Position numbers and translations under genes: made by a program
Virus record (IMG/VR): IMGVR_UViG_3300046003_007892
Span: 176,364-240,363 of that record
DNA: 64,000 nt
Reading direction: 5' to 3' (one strand)
Notes under the pieces: model-generated
Told to the model about the DNA's origin: nothing
Databases searched by the model: none
The model's input: the letters and a program-made list of their open reading frames with translations, nothing else
Shown here: positions 1 to 9,645 of the stretch, in pieces
Layout: each line of letters starts with the position of its first letter
Position numbering within the stretch: the first letter of the stretch is position 1

Positions 1-1185
1 CGCGCGACTTACTGCGCCTTCATGCCCCTCTCGCAGGAGGGGCGTCTGCTCCAGACCGGAACCCGTCTATCGCAAAACCATCGCGGCTTGCTCCTCTACG
101 ATGACCGGTTCGGCTGCCAGACCGGCAACGTGGTCACGGATGGCAACGCCAAGCTTCAATGGAAGGTCGATTGGGCCATGCGTTGGGCTGCGCTCGGCAC
201 CGACTACGAAATGTCGGGAAAGGACTTGATCGAGTCGGTCAAGATCGGCAACCAGATCGTGCGCGTTCTGGGCAGCCAACCGCCCGTGCAGATGACCTAC
301 GAGATGTTCCTCGACGAGAATGGCGAGAAGATCAGCAAGTCGCGGGGCAACGGCCTCTCGGTTGAGCAATGGCTCCGCTATGGCTCGCGCGAGGGTCTGT
401 CCTACTTCATGTTCGGCAACCCCACGGCGGCGAAGAAGCTCCACGTTGGCGTCATCCCACGCGCCGAGGACGACTATCTCGAAGACCTGGAAGCAGTCAC
501 GCCGGATTCGCCGTCGTGGCATATCCACCGAGCCGCCCCGCCCGCGCCGCTCACCACCGAAACCTCCTACGCGATGTTGGTCAACATGGCGTCGGTTTCG
601 CGCGCCCCGGACCCCGGCATCCTCCTCCAGTATCTGAGCCAGAATCGTCCCATCGCCGAGGAAGAGATCGCCCGCGTCCATGCCCTGGCGCAGACGGTGG
701 TCAACTACTGTGCTGGTGAGGTCTATCCGCACATGAAGCCCCGCGTGGCGACCAAGATGGAGAAGGTTGCCCTCTACGAATTCGCCTATGAACTCGAACA
801 GATGGCCGATGGCCTCACGGCTGAGGAATACCAGACGGTCGTCTACGAGGTAGGCAAGACGCGGGGCTATGCGGACGACCTCCGTGCATGGTTCCGGGTC
901 ATCTATGAGACCGTCTTCGGTTCCGAAGAGGGCCCGCGCATCGGAGCGTTCATCTGTGCCATCGGCCGCCTGAACGCCATCTCGCTTTTCAACGGCGTGC
1001 CGATGGCTCGCGACCCCTTCATTGGTCGCAACCCCACCGAGGTGCGCGCGTGGGAGATCGCCCGCGAGGCGCACGGCCCAGATATCCCGAGCCCGCACGA
1101 AGGCATGCCGCCCTCGGTGTGGTGCGCATTCGTGGCTGCCGCCGAGAAGGAACTCGGGCTGAGCAAGGAAATCGGAAATGCTTGA
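1..1185 (+). CDS. lysS: Class I lysyl-tRNA synthetase, 5'-truncated by window edge
   Basis: Frame is open from base 1 (RATYCAFMPLS). Motifs KLQWKVDWAMRW, YEMSGKDL, KISKSRGNG (KMSKS equivalent) and GPRIGAFI match class I LysRS. Confidence 0.9.
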   Translation, partial: RATYCAFMPLSQEGRLLQTGTRLSQNHRGLLLYDDRFGCQTGNVVTDGNAKLQWKVDWAMRWAALGTDYEMSGKDLIESVKIGNQIVRVLGSQPPVQMTYEMFLDENGEKISKSRGNGLSVEQWLRYGSREGLSYFMFGNPTAAKKLHVGVIPRAEDDYLEDLEAVTPDSPSWHIHRAAPPAPLTTETSYAMLVNMASVSRAPDPGILLQYLSQNRPIAEEEIARVHALAQTVVNYCAGEVYPHMKPRVATKMEKVALYEFAYELEQMADGLTAEEYQTVVYEVGKTRGYADDLRAWFRVIYETVFGSEEGPRIGAFICAIGRLNAISLFNGVPMARDPFIGRNPTEVRAWEIAREAHGPDIPSPHEGMPPSVWCAFVAAAEKELGLSKEIGNA

Positions 1186-1492
1186 GTCGTCTGGAAGAAT
1201 CACCCGCGATGCCCTGCGGTCCATGTGCGAGAACTTCATCCATCGGGCAGAAGCCGAGGCCGACGAGACGCGTGAACGTCTCCTGGCCCGCGAGGGCGAG
1301 CGACGCCATGGCTGGTTCACGTCAACCGAAAAGCTCCTGACTGCGCGCAAGCACGAAATCGACGACGCGGTGGCGACGGTCCATGGTCCCCGGTTGGACC
1401 GCGCCCGCACGCTCCTCAATTTGGCCAACCACGACGAACTCACTGATCTCCGCATCAGTGCAAACGATCTCGCATTCCTCGAAGGTGCCTAG
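1178..1492 (+). CDS. Hypothetical protein
   Basis: Start overlaps lysS stop; tightly packed operon. Confidence 0.6.
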   Translation: MLESSGRITRDALRSMCENFIHRAEAEADETRERLLAREGERRHGWFTSTEKLLTARKHEIDDAVATVHGPRLDRARTLLNLANHDELTDLRISANDLAFLEGA

Positions 1493-1494
1493 GG

Positions 1495-1719
1495 ATGTTC
1501 GCGTTCACTGGTCGCATCGAAACCCATCTCGACGATGGTGGCCAAGCCCGCATCGCGGAAGACCTGTCCTGCGTGAGCATCGATCATCCAGAAATCTTTG
1601 TCCGATTGCAAAGCTGGCATGACGCGGACGACTGGGGCGACAAGGGCCCCCGCCACCCGGCCATGGACGAACTCGAAGGCCGTAAGGTGATGATCACCAT
1701 TGAGATTTTGCCCGAATGA
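1495..1719 (+). CDS. Hypothetical protein
   Basis: Abuts upstream stop; ATGA overlap with next ORF. Confidence 0.55.
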   Translation: MFAFTGRIETHLDDGGQARIAEDLSCVSIDHPEIFVRLQSWHDADDWGDKGPRHPAMDELEGRKVMITIEILPE

Positions 1720-1982
1720 AAAAGATCACGCTCGAACTCGACCTCGATATCCCGGACGAGCTTATGGCTCTGACGAGTGACGCCCTCCTTCTTGCTGCCG
1801 CCTCCAACGTAGTTGGCTTCGCCATAAAGGGTCACCTCCTCACGGTCATATCCAACCTCGGAATCAAAGGACTGCCCGCAGAATCCCAAGCCATTCTGGA
1901 TAGGAGCAACCTGTCCCACAATGGCTGGGCGGAAGTCCTCTCTGCCTGCACGGAAGACGCCATTCGAGTGAGGCCGAGATGA
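1716..1982 (+). CDS. Hypothetical protein
   Basis: ATGA overlaps on both sides. Confidence 0.55.
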   Translation: MKKITLELDLDIPDELMALTSDALLLAAASNVVGFAIKGHLLTVISNLGIKGLPAESQAILDRSNLSHNGWAEVLSACTEDAIRVRPR

Positions 1983-2194
1983 AAAAAGTTCGCCTGAAAT
2001 CTTTTCCGAAAAAGAACTCTCGCCGAGAGCAAAACCGGATTGCCCGGCTGATGGCGAGTGAGATTTTCGATGATGGTGGTTCGCCCGCTCGGCCGGTCGC
2101 TCCCGGTCAGACGCGCCAGGACTACGTGGAGAAGAACTGGCGCGTCCACGAAGATCGCGCCCGCTCCGCCGTGACGCTGAACAAGAGATACTGA
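1979..2194 (+). CDS. Hypothetical protein
   Basis: ATGA/TGATG overlaps. Confidence 0.5.
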   Translation: MKKVRLKSFPKKNSRREQNRIARLMASEIFDDGGSPARPVAPGQTRQDYVEKNWRVHEDRARSAVTLNKRY

Positions 2195-2670
2195 TGAAGA
2201 CGCTGGAATGCTCTTTCAATCAGGAAGGCATCGGCAAGACGCTGTCGAACTTGACCTTCCATCCATTCACCTTCCGAGACATCCGTTTCGGGAGCATTGA
2301 AGGTTTCCTGCAATCGTTGAAGGTCCGCGACGCCGACCGTGCCGCCGACGTTCGCGTGCTGGCCGGATACCGGGCGTGGAAGCTCGGTCAAGAGGGCAAC
2401 TCCTGGCAGGATAGCCAGACCCTGTGGTTCGATGGCGCCGCCTACCCCCGCGCCTCGCGCGAGTATCGCGAACTCATCACCGCAGCCTATGATGCCTGCT
2501 TCGAGCAGAACGACGGCTTCGTCATCGCCCTGATCGAGAGCGGCGACAGTTGCCTCGTCCACACCATCGGGAATCACGACCAGACCCGCACGACCCTCAC
2601 GGAGTGCGAATACATCTATCAACTCTATCGGCTCCGCGCCCGCGCTCAGCAAATCCTGCGGGAGGACTGA
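2194..2670 (+). CDS. NADAR-family ADP-ribosylhydrolase, T4 gp30.3-like
   Basis: LSNL..HPF...F.SIEGFLQSLK, TLW..G..Y.R.S..Y..L...AY, F..AL..S and T.LTE.EY match the gp30.3/YbiA pattern. Confidence 0.8.
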   Translation: MKTLECSFNQEGIGKTLSNLTFHPFTFRDIRFGSIEGFLQSLKVRDADRAADVRVLAGYRAWKLGQEGNSWQDSQTLWFDGAAYPRASREYRELITAAYDACFEQNDGFVIALIESGDSCLVHTIGNHDQTRTTLTECEYIYQLYRLRARAQQILRED

Positions 2671-3089
2671 TGTGGTATGATGAAGAGCGCATTTGCCAGT
2701 TCACGATGGTGGACCAGCCGCGCCCCGCCGACCTCAACTACTTCAACCTGGGCCGTTTCTGCGGCCCCTATGGTTCCCTGCGCACTCACCTCAAGCTTCG
2801 TGACGTCAGCGACGCGACCATAATCGGCCGCCCTGACCACAAGCTCCACATTCACGTCTACTATGAGGGCAGAGAGGTGTTGCAGGATTTGCGGCGGGTC
2901 GGCTCAGAGCTTGCGAAGATGGACGTAACTTTGCGCCCGTGGTCGGCAGTGCAGATCGCTCAGCATGGTCGGGGTGACGCTAACAAACACCTGATCGTTC
3001 TTATGTTCTCGTCCGAAATCGACGCCATTATTGTTTGCGGAATGGTACTCCCGTCTCCAACCAAGAAGGTCACCCATGCCGTTCGCTAA
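2670..3089 (+). CDS. Hypothetical protein (small F-x4-D motif family)
   Basis: TGATG overlap, start MWYDEER; C-terminal LMFSSEIDAII. Confidence 0.6.
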   Translation: MWYDEERICQFTMVDQPRPADLNYFNLGRFCGPYGSLRTHLKLRDVSDATIIGRPDHKLHIHVYYEGREVLQDLRRVGSELAKMDVTLRPWSAVQIAQHGRGDANKHLIVLMFSSEIDAIIVCGMVLPSPTKKVTHAVR

Positions 3090-3507
3090 TCTGCAAGACC
3101 TCTTCAAGGGTGACATCGAACCCTACGAGTGCACCCGCGTCGGCATGGTGCCGAGACACGAAGTCAACCGTCCCGCCGAAGTGACGTCGTGGGACTGGCC
3201 CTATGATTTGATTCTACCGCACATCGGTGGTTTCTCCGGCCCTGGTTTCTCTGGTTTCACCAGCTATCTCATCTATCGGGATACCATCGACAATCATTTC
3301 GCCATCGCCAGTGCTTGCGCTGATCTGATCAGTGCTGGAACGGTTCTATCGCCCTGGTTGGCCTTGTGCGCTGATATGGACCGTGTCCAAATTTTGTTAT
3401 TTTCCAATGACAAAGATCAGATTGTAATGCGCATGATGATCGATGCAGAAATCATAGTGGTCGAACCAAAAAAACCCTATGCAAGTAATACCCGCCATGC
3501 TAGATAG
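3076..3507 (+). CDS. Hypothetical protein (small F-x4-D motif family)
   Basis: AAGAAGG RBS, start MPFANLQ; C-terminal LLFSNDKDQIVM. Confidence 0.6.
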   Translation: MPFANLQDLFKGDIEPYECTRVGMVPRHEVNRPAEVTSWDWPYDLILPHIGGFSGPGFSGFTSYLIYRDTIDNHFAIASACADLISAGTVLSPWLALCADMDRVQILLFSNDKDQIVMRMMIDAEIIVVEPKKPYASNTRHAR

Positions 3508-3537
3508 CCCATCTGATCTAAGAAAGGTCCCTTGAAC

Positions 3538-4701
3538 ATGTCCGAACCCAAGCCCGTCAAAATCACTCCGACGCCGTCACGCAAGAAAGCCGAAACGCCC
3601 TCCGTGCAGCAGGCCACCATCCTGGCTGAAATCCCGGTCGCGGCCCCGCCCGCTCCGCCCATCCTGTCAGTGGCGCCGACCCGCTCAGCGGTCGCGGTCC
3701 AGCAGGCCCCGCTGTCCATCACGGAAATCTCCCAGATGGGCGGAACCACGCTGGTCAAGACGGCGGCCATCTCGGGCAAGATCACGTCCGTCGCCAAGGC
3801 TGGCGACATGGACGAACTCGGCAAGCTGGTCGGCCAACTCCTCATCAAGGCGAAGGAATACGACCCGAGCAAGCTCGGCAAGGGCGGCATTCTGGGCTGG
3901 TTCCGCAAGTCCAAGCAGCAACTGCTGAACCACTATCAGACCGTGGACCAACAGGTCGGCGGCCTCGTCATCGAAGTCGATAAGCGTGTCGGCTTCTTCC
4001 GTGGTCGCGTCGCCGATCTGGAAGAGATGTTCAACGCCAACGAAGAATATCACGAGGAACTCGGTCAGACCATCGCGGCCATGCAGGAGCGCGTCGAGTG
4101 GATGCGCAGCAACCAGCCGGTCGTGGACGAGGCCGACGCCTTCTCGGCGCAGAAGGCCGCCGACTGGCAGCAGGTGATCACCTTCGCCGAGAAGCGCATC
4201 GACGACCTGAGGCGCGGGCAGATGCTGTCCGAGCAAACCGGGCCGCAGATCAAGCTGATGGCGATGAACTCCATCGCGCTGTCGCAGACGTTCGACGACA
4301 TCAAGGTCACCACCATCCCGACCCTGCAACGGACGTTCGCCCTCTACATCATTAACAAGGAACAGCAGCAAGGCGCGGACATGGCGGAGGCGGTGCGCAA
4401 CACCACCAACGCGGCCATCATCCAGAACGCCGACCTGTTGAAGTCCAACACGTCCAAGGTCCACACTCAGCTTTCCAGGTCGAACATCGACATGAAGACG
4501 CTGGAGCACAACCAGCAGGCCGTGTTCGATTCCTTGAAGGAAGTCGAACGCATCCGCGCCGAAATGAAGTCCCGGCTGCAATCGGAGGCACCGAAGATCG
4601 AACGCCTGTCGGCCGATCTTCACACCCGCATGGCCGAGTATGGCCGCGCTCTGCCGGGCGGCAACTCCGCCAAGCAGATCGAACAAACCGCGACCTTCTA
4701 A
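3538..4701 (+). CDS. telA: Toxic anion resistance protein TelA/KlaB family
   Basis: Pro/Ala-rich N-terminus, then long coiled coil with GILGWF..K, YQTVDQQV, I..TTIP, AIIQNA.LLK; heads a ter cluster. Confidence 0.85.
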   Translation: MSEPKPVKITPTPSRKKAETPSVQQATILAEIPVAAPPAPPILSVAPTRSAVAVQQAPLSITEISQMGGTTLVKTAAISGKITSVAKAGDMDELGKLVGQLLIKAKEYDPSKLGKGGILGWFRKSKQQLLNHYQTVDQQVGGLVIEVDKRVGFFRGRVADLEEMFNANEEYHEELGQTIAAMQERVEWMRSNQPVVDEADAFSAQKAADWQQVITFAEKRIDDLRRGQMLSEQTGPQIKLMAMNSIALSQTFDDIKVTTIPTLQRTFALYIINKEQQQGADMAEAVRNTTNAAIIQNADLLKSNTSKVHTQLSRSNIDMKTLEHNQQAVFDSLKEVERIRAEMKSRLQSEAPKIERLSADLHTRMAEYGRALPGGNSAKQIEQTATF

Positions 4702-4713
4702 GGGAAACCCAGA

Positions 4714-5466
4714 ATGCCCATCGAACTCGACAAGAAAGCCGAAACCGTTCAGCGCGTGCTGCTCGACAAGGGCTTGGCCACGGCGCCGACCATGCGTGTC
4801 GCCGTCGCCATCGACATCTCCTACTCGATGAAGGATGAATTCGAGGACGGCAGCGTCCAGAAAGTTCTCGACCAGCTTCTCGGCGTCGCCAAGACGTTCG
4901 ATGATGACGGCGCCTTCGACATGTGGCAGTTCGACGACCGCACCGATTACATCGGTCAGGCGTCGGAAGCCGACTACGGCACCTACGTGCGGTCCAAGCG
5001 TCTGGGCGTCCGGGGCGGCACCCTCTACTCGCCGTGCCTGCGCGATATCACGTCGCGGATGTTCGGCGCGGCGCAGACCCAGACGACCACCCAGAAGAAG
5101 GGCGGCTTCCTCGGCTTCGGCGCCAAAACCGTGCAGCAGACGGCGAACATCGGCGGCTCCGACGAGCCCGTCATGGTCCTGTTCATCACGGACGGGGCCC
5201 CGCAGGAAACCATCTCGGCTGTCCGGGCCGTGCTGAAGGACGCGCAGAAGCACAACATCTACTTCCAGATGATCGGCATCAACAACCAGGGAGAAGAGTT
5301 CGAGTTGCTCTCGACCCTGGCCGACGAGCTTCCCAACGTCGGCTTCGTCAAGATGAACGGCTTCCGCAACACCGACGAGCAACTCTATCGCGCCATGATC
5401 ACCGACGAACTCGTCGCGTGGGTGTCGAAGTTCGCCACGTCGGCTGCGAAACCCGCCGTCGCCTGA
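4714..5466 (+). CDS. von Willebrand factor A (vWA) domain protein, ter-associated
   Basis: MIDAS motif DISYSM, GGTLYSP, VLFITDG, YFQMIGI, PNVGF. Confidence 0.85.
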   Translation: MPIELDKKAETVQRVLLDKGLATAPTMRVAVAIDISYSMKDEFEDGSVQKVLDQLLGVAKTFDDDGAFDMWQFDDRTDYIGQASEADYGTYVRSKRLGVRGGTLYSPCLRDITSRMFGAAQTQTTTQKKGGFLGFGAKTVQQTANIGGSDEPVMVLFITDGAPQETISAVRAVLKDAQKHNIYFQMIGINNQGEEFELLSTLADELPNVGFVKMNGFRNTDEQLYRAMITDELVAWVSKFATSAAKPAVA

Positions 5467-5543
5467 TTCACCCTGCCGGGGGCGGGCAGCCGCCCCCGGT
5501 TCCTTCTCTGCTCAAAGAGTGCATTTCTAGAAAAGGGGCCCAA

Positions 5544-6626
5544 GTGCCGCAACGATCTTTCATGAGCTACTTCCGTGGCTCGTTCATTTTCGCCGTCATC
5601 GCCATCATCGCGGGCGGCGTCTATGGATACTATACGGGCGGCACCATCGCCGCCACGCTCACCATGGCGTGGGTCGTCGCCGTGCTGGCCGTCCTTGAGA
5701 CGAGCCTGTCGTTCGACAACGCCGTCGTCAACGCCACCATTCTGGAGAACTGGGATGACAAGTGGCGCCGCATCTTCCTGACCTGGGGTATCTGGATTGC
5801 CGTGTTCGGTATGCGGATTGTCTTCCCCATCGCGGTCGTCGCCATCGCGGCGAACATGAACCCCGTGGACGTCATCAACATCGCCCTGTTCGACCCGGCC
5901 ACCTATGAGGCCAGGATGCACGAGGTCCATCACGAGGTCGCTTTCTTCGGCGGCGCCTTCCTCGCCATGGTCGGTCTGGCCTTTTTCTTTGAAGAGCGTC
6001 AGGTCTACTGGTGGGAAGCCCTTGAGAGCAAGCTCGGCAAGGCCGGTGAGATCGAAAGCCTGTCCGCCATTCTGGTCATTCTGGTCGCCGTCTTCGCGTC
6101 CGCTGGCCTCGGCGAAGAGCGCATCTCGGCCCTTCTGGCAGCCATCTTCGGCGTCGGCGCCTTCATCGCCGCCCACGCCATGGGGACCCTGCTCGGCGGT
6201 GGTGAGGACGACGGCACCGGCAAGAAGGTCATTCGTGCTGGCGTCGGTGGCTTCCTCTACATCGAACTGCTCGACGCATCCTTCTCCTTCGACGGCGTGA
6301 TCGGCGCGTTCGCCCTGACGAACCTGCTGGTCATCATCGCCCTCGGCTTGGGTGTCGGCGCCTTCTTCGTCCGCTCGATGACCATCTATCTGGTTGACAA
6401 GGGGACGCTGGCCGAGTTTCGTTACCTCGAACACGGGGCCTTCTACGCGATCATCGCACTGGCCGCGATCATGTTCCTGAGCGGCGTCGGCATCGAACTG
6501 CCCGAATGGATTACGGGTCTCATCGGCGCGGCGTTGATCGGCGCAGCCCTCGGACACTCCATCCTGGCCAATCGCAAGGACAAGAAACTCGAACAAGCCC
6601 ACGTGATCAATCAACCGGGCACCTGA
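5544..6626 (+). CDS. DUF475 / TerC-like integral membrane protein
   Basis: LETSLSFDNAVVNA, FLTWGIWIAVFGMR, YIELLDASFSFDGVIGAFA, GLGVGAFFVRSMT, YLEHGAFYAI; GTG start after AAGGGG RBS. Confidence 0.85.
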   Translation: MPQRSFMSYFRGSFIFAVIAIIAGGVYGYYTGGTIAATLTMAWVVAVLAVLETSLSFDNAVVNATILENWDDKWRRIFLTWGIWIAVFGMRIVFPIAVVAIAANMNPVDVINIALFDPATYEARMHEVHHEVAFFGGAFLAMVGLAFFFEERQVYWWEALESKLGKAGEIESLSAILVILVAVFASAGLGEERISALLAAIFGVGAFIAAHAMGTLLGGGEDDGTGKKVIRAGVGGFLYIELLDASFSFDGVIGAFALTNLLVIIALGLGVGAFFVRSMTIYLVDKGTLAEFRYLEHGAFYAIIALAAIMFLSGVGIELPEWITGLIGAALIGAALGHSILANRKDKKLEQAHVINQPGT

Positions 6627-6698
6627 CAACCTCCGGGAGCCCGCCCTTTCTTGGGCTCTCACTCATCCTCTGTTCAACTCTCGAAGGACCATAAGACC

Positions 6699-7298
6699 AT
6701 GGGTATCAATCTCGACAAAGGCGGTCGCGTCGCTCTCGGCAAGGACGACGGCCACACCAAGTTCATCGTCGGCCTCGGCTGGAACGCCAATCCCGGCACC
6801 GGCGCCACCTATGACCTCGACGCCTCGGCCTTCGGCTGTGCGCCGGACGCTGGCGGCGACCCCCATCTGATCGGTGACGACTACTTCATCTACTACCGCA
6901 ACCTCAACTCGCCGTGCGGCGGCATCACCCACTCGGGCGACAACCTGACCGGCGACGGCGATGGCGACGACGAGCAGATCGTTCTGGACCTGTCGAAGGT
7001 CCCGGCGCATCTCCAGGAAATCGCCTGCATGGTGACCATCTACGACGCCGCCTCCAAGGGTCAGAACTTCGGCCAAGTCCGCGCCGCCTACATCCGCATC
7101 GTGGACGCCGAGACGAATGTCGAGGTCGCCCGCTACGACCTGACCGAGGACTACCACGACTCGACCGCCATCCAGTTCGGCTCGGTCTACAAGAAGTCGG
7201 ACGGCTCGTGGGCCTTCAAGGCCATCGGCCAGGGCTTCAACACCGATCTGCGCGGCCTGCTGGGCGTTTACGCCCCCAACGCGCAGGTGGTCGGCTAA
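6699..7298 (+). CDS. terD: TerD/TerZ family stress protein
   Basis: VGLGWN, YDLDASAF, HSGDNLTGDGDGDDEQI, GQNFGQV..AYIRIVD, WAFKAIGQG. Confidence 0.9.
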   Translation: MGINLDKGGRVALGKDDGHTKFIVGLGWNANPGTGATYDLDASAFGCAPDAGGDPHLIGDDYFIYYRNLNSPCGGITHSGDNLTGDGDGDDEQIVLDLSKVPAHLQEIACMVTIYDAASKGQNFGQVRAAYIRIVDAETNVEVARYDLTEDYHDSTAIQFGSVYKKSDGSWAFKAIGQGFNTDLRGLLGVYAPNAQVVG

Positions 7299-7321
7299 CC
7301 CGCCCTCCCCGGCTGTTAGAC

Positions 7322-7359
7322 GACGGAAAGGCGGGTCCTCGGGCCCGCCTTTTTTCGTC
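7322..7359 (+). terminator. Rho-independent terminator after terD
   Basis: AAAGGCGGGT-CCTCG-GGCCCGCCTTTTTT. Confidence 0.8.
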
Positions 7360-7437
7360 CACCGAAATGTAAAATAAAGTCTGGACTTTTAACCTAGTTC
7401 CCCTTACGGTGGCAGAGGTGAGAATGGGAGTTCAAGA

Positions 7438-8460
7438 GTGGCGCGCGATAAGGGTTCAACGAAGAAGCTGAAAGCACAGGCGACGGATGTTGCCGGTGAA
7501 CCCAAGCCTATCGCGCCAGCCTCCCAAGTTGTTGTTCCGTTCGTTCGGAACGGCGTCAATACCGAGCCGAAAGCTCTGGACCCGACCCGTTTCGAGCCCC
7601 GCGCCATCCGCCTCCCGGAGACCCACTTGACCCCGAAGCCGCCGAAGCCAATCGCGCCAGCAGCAGCCCTGCCGGAACCGGCCGCTCCGCGCTCGCTGAT
7701 GGACCGGCTGCGCAACAACCCGCCGCCCGCTCCGAAGCCCCAGCCGGTGGCGCCGCCGCGCGCGTTGGCACCTCCCCGTCCTTCCCCTCCTCGTGTGGAG
7801 CCCGTCAAGCCCGTGCCAAATCCGTACAACGTCACGATTGACGACAAGATCGACCGCCTGATGGAGCGCGCCTTCGAGATCGACCCCCAGACGACGTCGA
7901 ACATTCGCTTCCGTCCCCGACTGGACAAAGCGGTCAGCCAGACCGCCCGCGAGTGGATGGACTGGGGCCAGCGCGGTCTTGAAACCCTCCGCACCGTGAC
8001 GGTCAAGAACGCCGAGTTCGTCAACAAATACACGACCCTGAACGCCGCGCAGTGGATTCAGGAGACCCAGAACGCCGCGAACAAGCCGCCGTCCTTCATG
8101 GACCGCTTCAACCGCAAGCCCGTCTCCTTCTATGAAGGCCAGATGGACCGCATTCGCGCCGACCTCGCCGACCTCCTGGTTCCGCTGGAAGCCGAGATCG
8201 CCGATCTCCGCCCCCGCTTCGACACCCTGCGCTTGGATGTCCTGACCTTCTCGGTCCTCTACGAGACCCTGTCGGACCCGCACGACATCCAGGTCGTGCA
8301 GACCCGTCAGCGCACGCTCGTGAATGGCCAGACGTCGGTCGCCCAACTCCTCCAGATGATGGAGAACACGCGGGCGTCGATCACCCAGAATATCCAAACC
8401 ATCGACGACCTTCTGCTGACCCTGATTCCGCAGTGGAAGATGGCTGAGAGCCAGCGGTGA
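7438..8460 (+). CDS. Pro-rich / coiled-coil protein, possible divergent TelA paralog
   Basis: Same layout as TelA: Pro-rich N-terminus, KPPSFMDRF segment, coiled coil ending IDDLLLTLIPQWK. Confidence 0.5.
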   Translation: MARDKGSTKKLKAQATDVAGEPKPIAPASQVVVPFVRNGVNTEPKALDPTRFEPRAIRLPETHLTPKPPKPIAPAAALPEPAAPRSLMDRLRNNPPPAPKPQPVAPPRALAPPRPSPPRVEPVKPVPNPYNVTIDDKIDRLMERAFEIDPQTTSNIRFRPRLDKAVSQTAREWMDWGQRGLETLRTVTVKNAEFVNKYTTLNAAQWIQETQNAANKPPSFMDRFNRKPVSFYEGQMDRIRADLADLLVPLEAEIADLRPRFDTLRLDVLTFSVLYETLSDPHDIQVVQTRQRTLVNGQTSVAQLLQMMENTRASITQNIQTIDDLLLTLIPQWKMAESQR

Positions 8461-8915
8461 AACGGCGGCAGTTCACGCCCCACGCGTCGATCAAGCCCCT
8501 TCCGACCGTGCACCTCTGGGAGAATCGCAACTCGCTCACGGGGCAGAACCCGCACGAGGTCAACTTCATCTACACGATCAAGGGTGCGCTTCGAAACGCC
8601 CGCACGCTGAAGCAATGGGGGAGCTACAAGCCCGCCAAGCCGCTCGCCCACAAAGTCGTGCTGGTGTTCAAAGAACCGCTGACTTCCCGCTGGCTGATGG
8701 ATTCCCCGTTGCTCTCGCTGGTGGCGTGGTTGACCGAACACAGCCGTTCGACATGGGAAATCTCGCCACCGTTTCGTGCGCCGATTGATTATACGGAGTT
8801 TCCGAGAAGAGAGAATCCGCCCCAGGTCACCGTGGGTCTGGCCGATCACACCGACTTCGTAGCTCTCATGTTGCTCGGTGAACAGGCCTTCTCCTATCTG
8901 GAGACCCGGCCATGA
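8457..8915 (+). CDS. Hypothetical protein
   Basis: GTGA overlap; C-terminal GLADHTDFVALML. Confidence 0.55.
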   Translation: MKRRQFTPHASIKPLPTVHLWENRNSLTGQNPHEVNFIYTIKGALRNARTLKQWGSYKPAKPLAHKVVLVFKEPLTSRWLMDSPLLSLVAWLTEHSRSTWEISPPFRAPIDYTEFPRRENPPQVTVGLADHTDFVALMLLGEQAFSYLETRP

Positions 8916-9340
8916 TTCCCTGCTGGGAGGCGTTGAATAATCGACCGGGCGTTGGGGTGTCTTCGAGAGACCATCTGGAACCCCGGACGGAAAATCAGAA
9001 ACGTTTTGTGGAAGAACTCCACCCGACGCAGAACCCCTGCATGGGTCGCGTCCGCAACGGAGTAGACTTCCGTGGTGGCTACGATGAGACCCAGTATATC
9101 GAGGTCCAAATCGTCCCGCCCCAATATCCAGACGAGCCCGACTTGTCTGTGACTCCTCGTTGGGTCATGCTCAACATTCTGGGATGGCTCCACTACGAAT
9201 CTCGGGGCCGGTGGCGTATTGAGGGCTGGGACAAGTTCAAGATCGGCATCTCCTTCTGGCACCCCAGTGATGCGGCCGAGTTCGCCATGAACCCGCAGGG
9301 TCTGGCGATGTATCTGGAGGACCGCATATGGAACTCCTGA
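8912..9340 (+). CDS. Hypothetical protein
   Basis: ATGA overlap; ISFWHPSDAAEFAM. Confidence 0.6.
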   Translation: MIPCWEALNNRPGVGVSSRDHLEPRTENQKRFVEELHPTQNPCMGRVRNGVDFRGGYDETQYIEVQIVPPQYPDEPDLSVTPRWVMLNILGWLHYESRGRWRIEGWDKFKIGISFWHPSDAAEFAMNPQGLAMYLEDRIWNS

Positions 9341-9645
9341 CCGAACACCTGACCGCCTATCTGGGTCAGCACCCCCTCCCTATCCCCGACTTTGGCGAGT
9401 TCTTCGAGTTCGCCATGCCGGGCGATTACGCCATGCTGGTTCTTCCGTGCGGACTCCACTGCCTTATGTGCGATAGCGGTGGCGGCCACGCCTTGCTCGT
9501 TCATGCCATGGAGCGCGACGGGCAAGCTTGGAAAGATGTCGATTTCGACGAGGCAGACCCCGAGGCCAACATGCGCTGGGCCGACGACGAAGATCGCGCG
9601 GCCTTCGTCCTGACCTTGCTCGCCGCCACAAGGGGAACCGCATGA
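9328..9645 (+). CDS. Hypothetical protein
   Basis: GGAGG RBS, overlapping junctions. Confidence 0.6.
   Translation: MELLTEHLTAYLGQHPLPIPDFGEFFEFAMPGDYAMLVLPCGLHCLMCDSGGGHALLVHAMERDGQAWKDVDFDEADPEANMRWADDEDRAAFVLTLLAATRGTA

Noticed and set aside
5476-5499. GC-rich hairpin CCGGGGGCGG-GCAG-CCGCCCCCGG between vWA and DUF475 genes
   Set aside because: Single hairpin with only a weak U-tract; most simply a stabiliser or partial terminator, not enough to call an RNA element.
3685-6662. Long minus-strand ORFs (3685-5382, 5385-6662) and the 5' extension of 4923-6626
   Set aside because: They are antisense or off-frame shadows of GC-rich telA/vWA/DUF475 genes and have no motifs or RBS.
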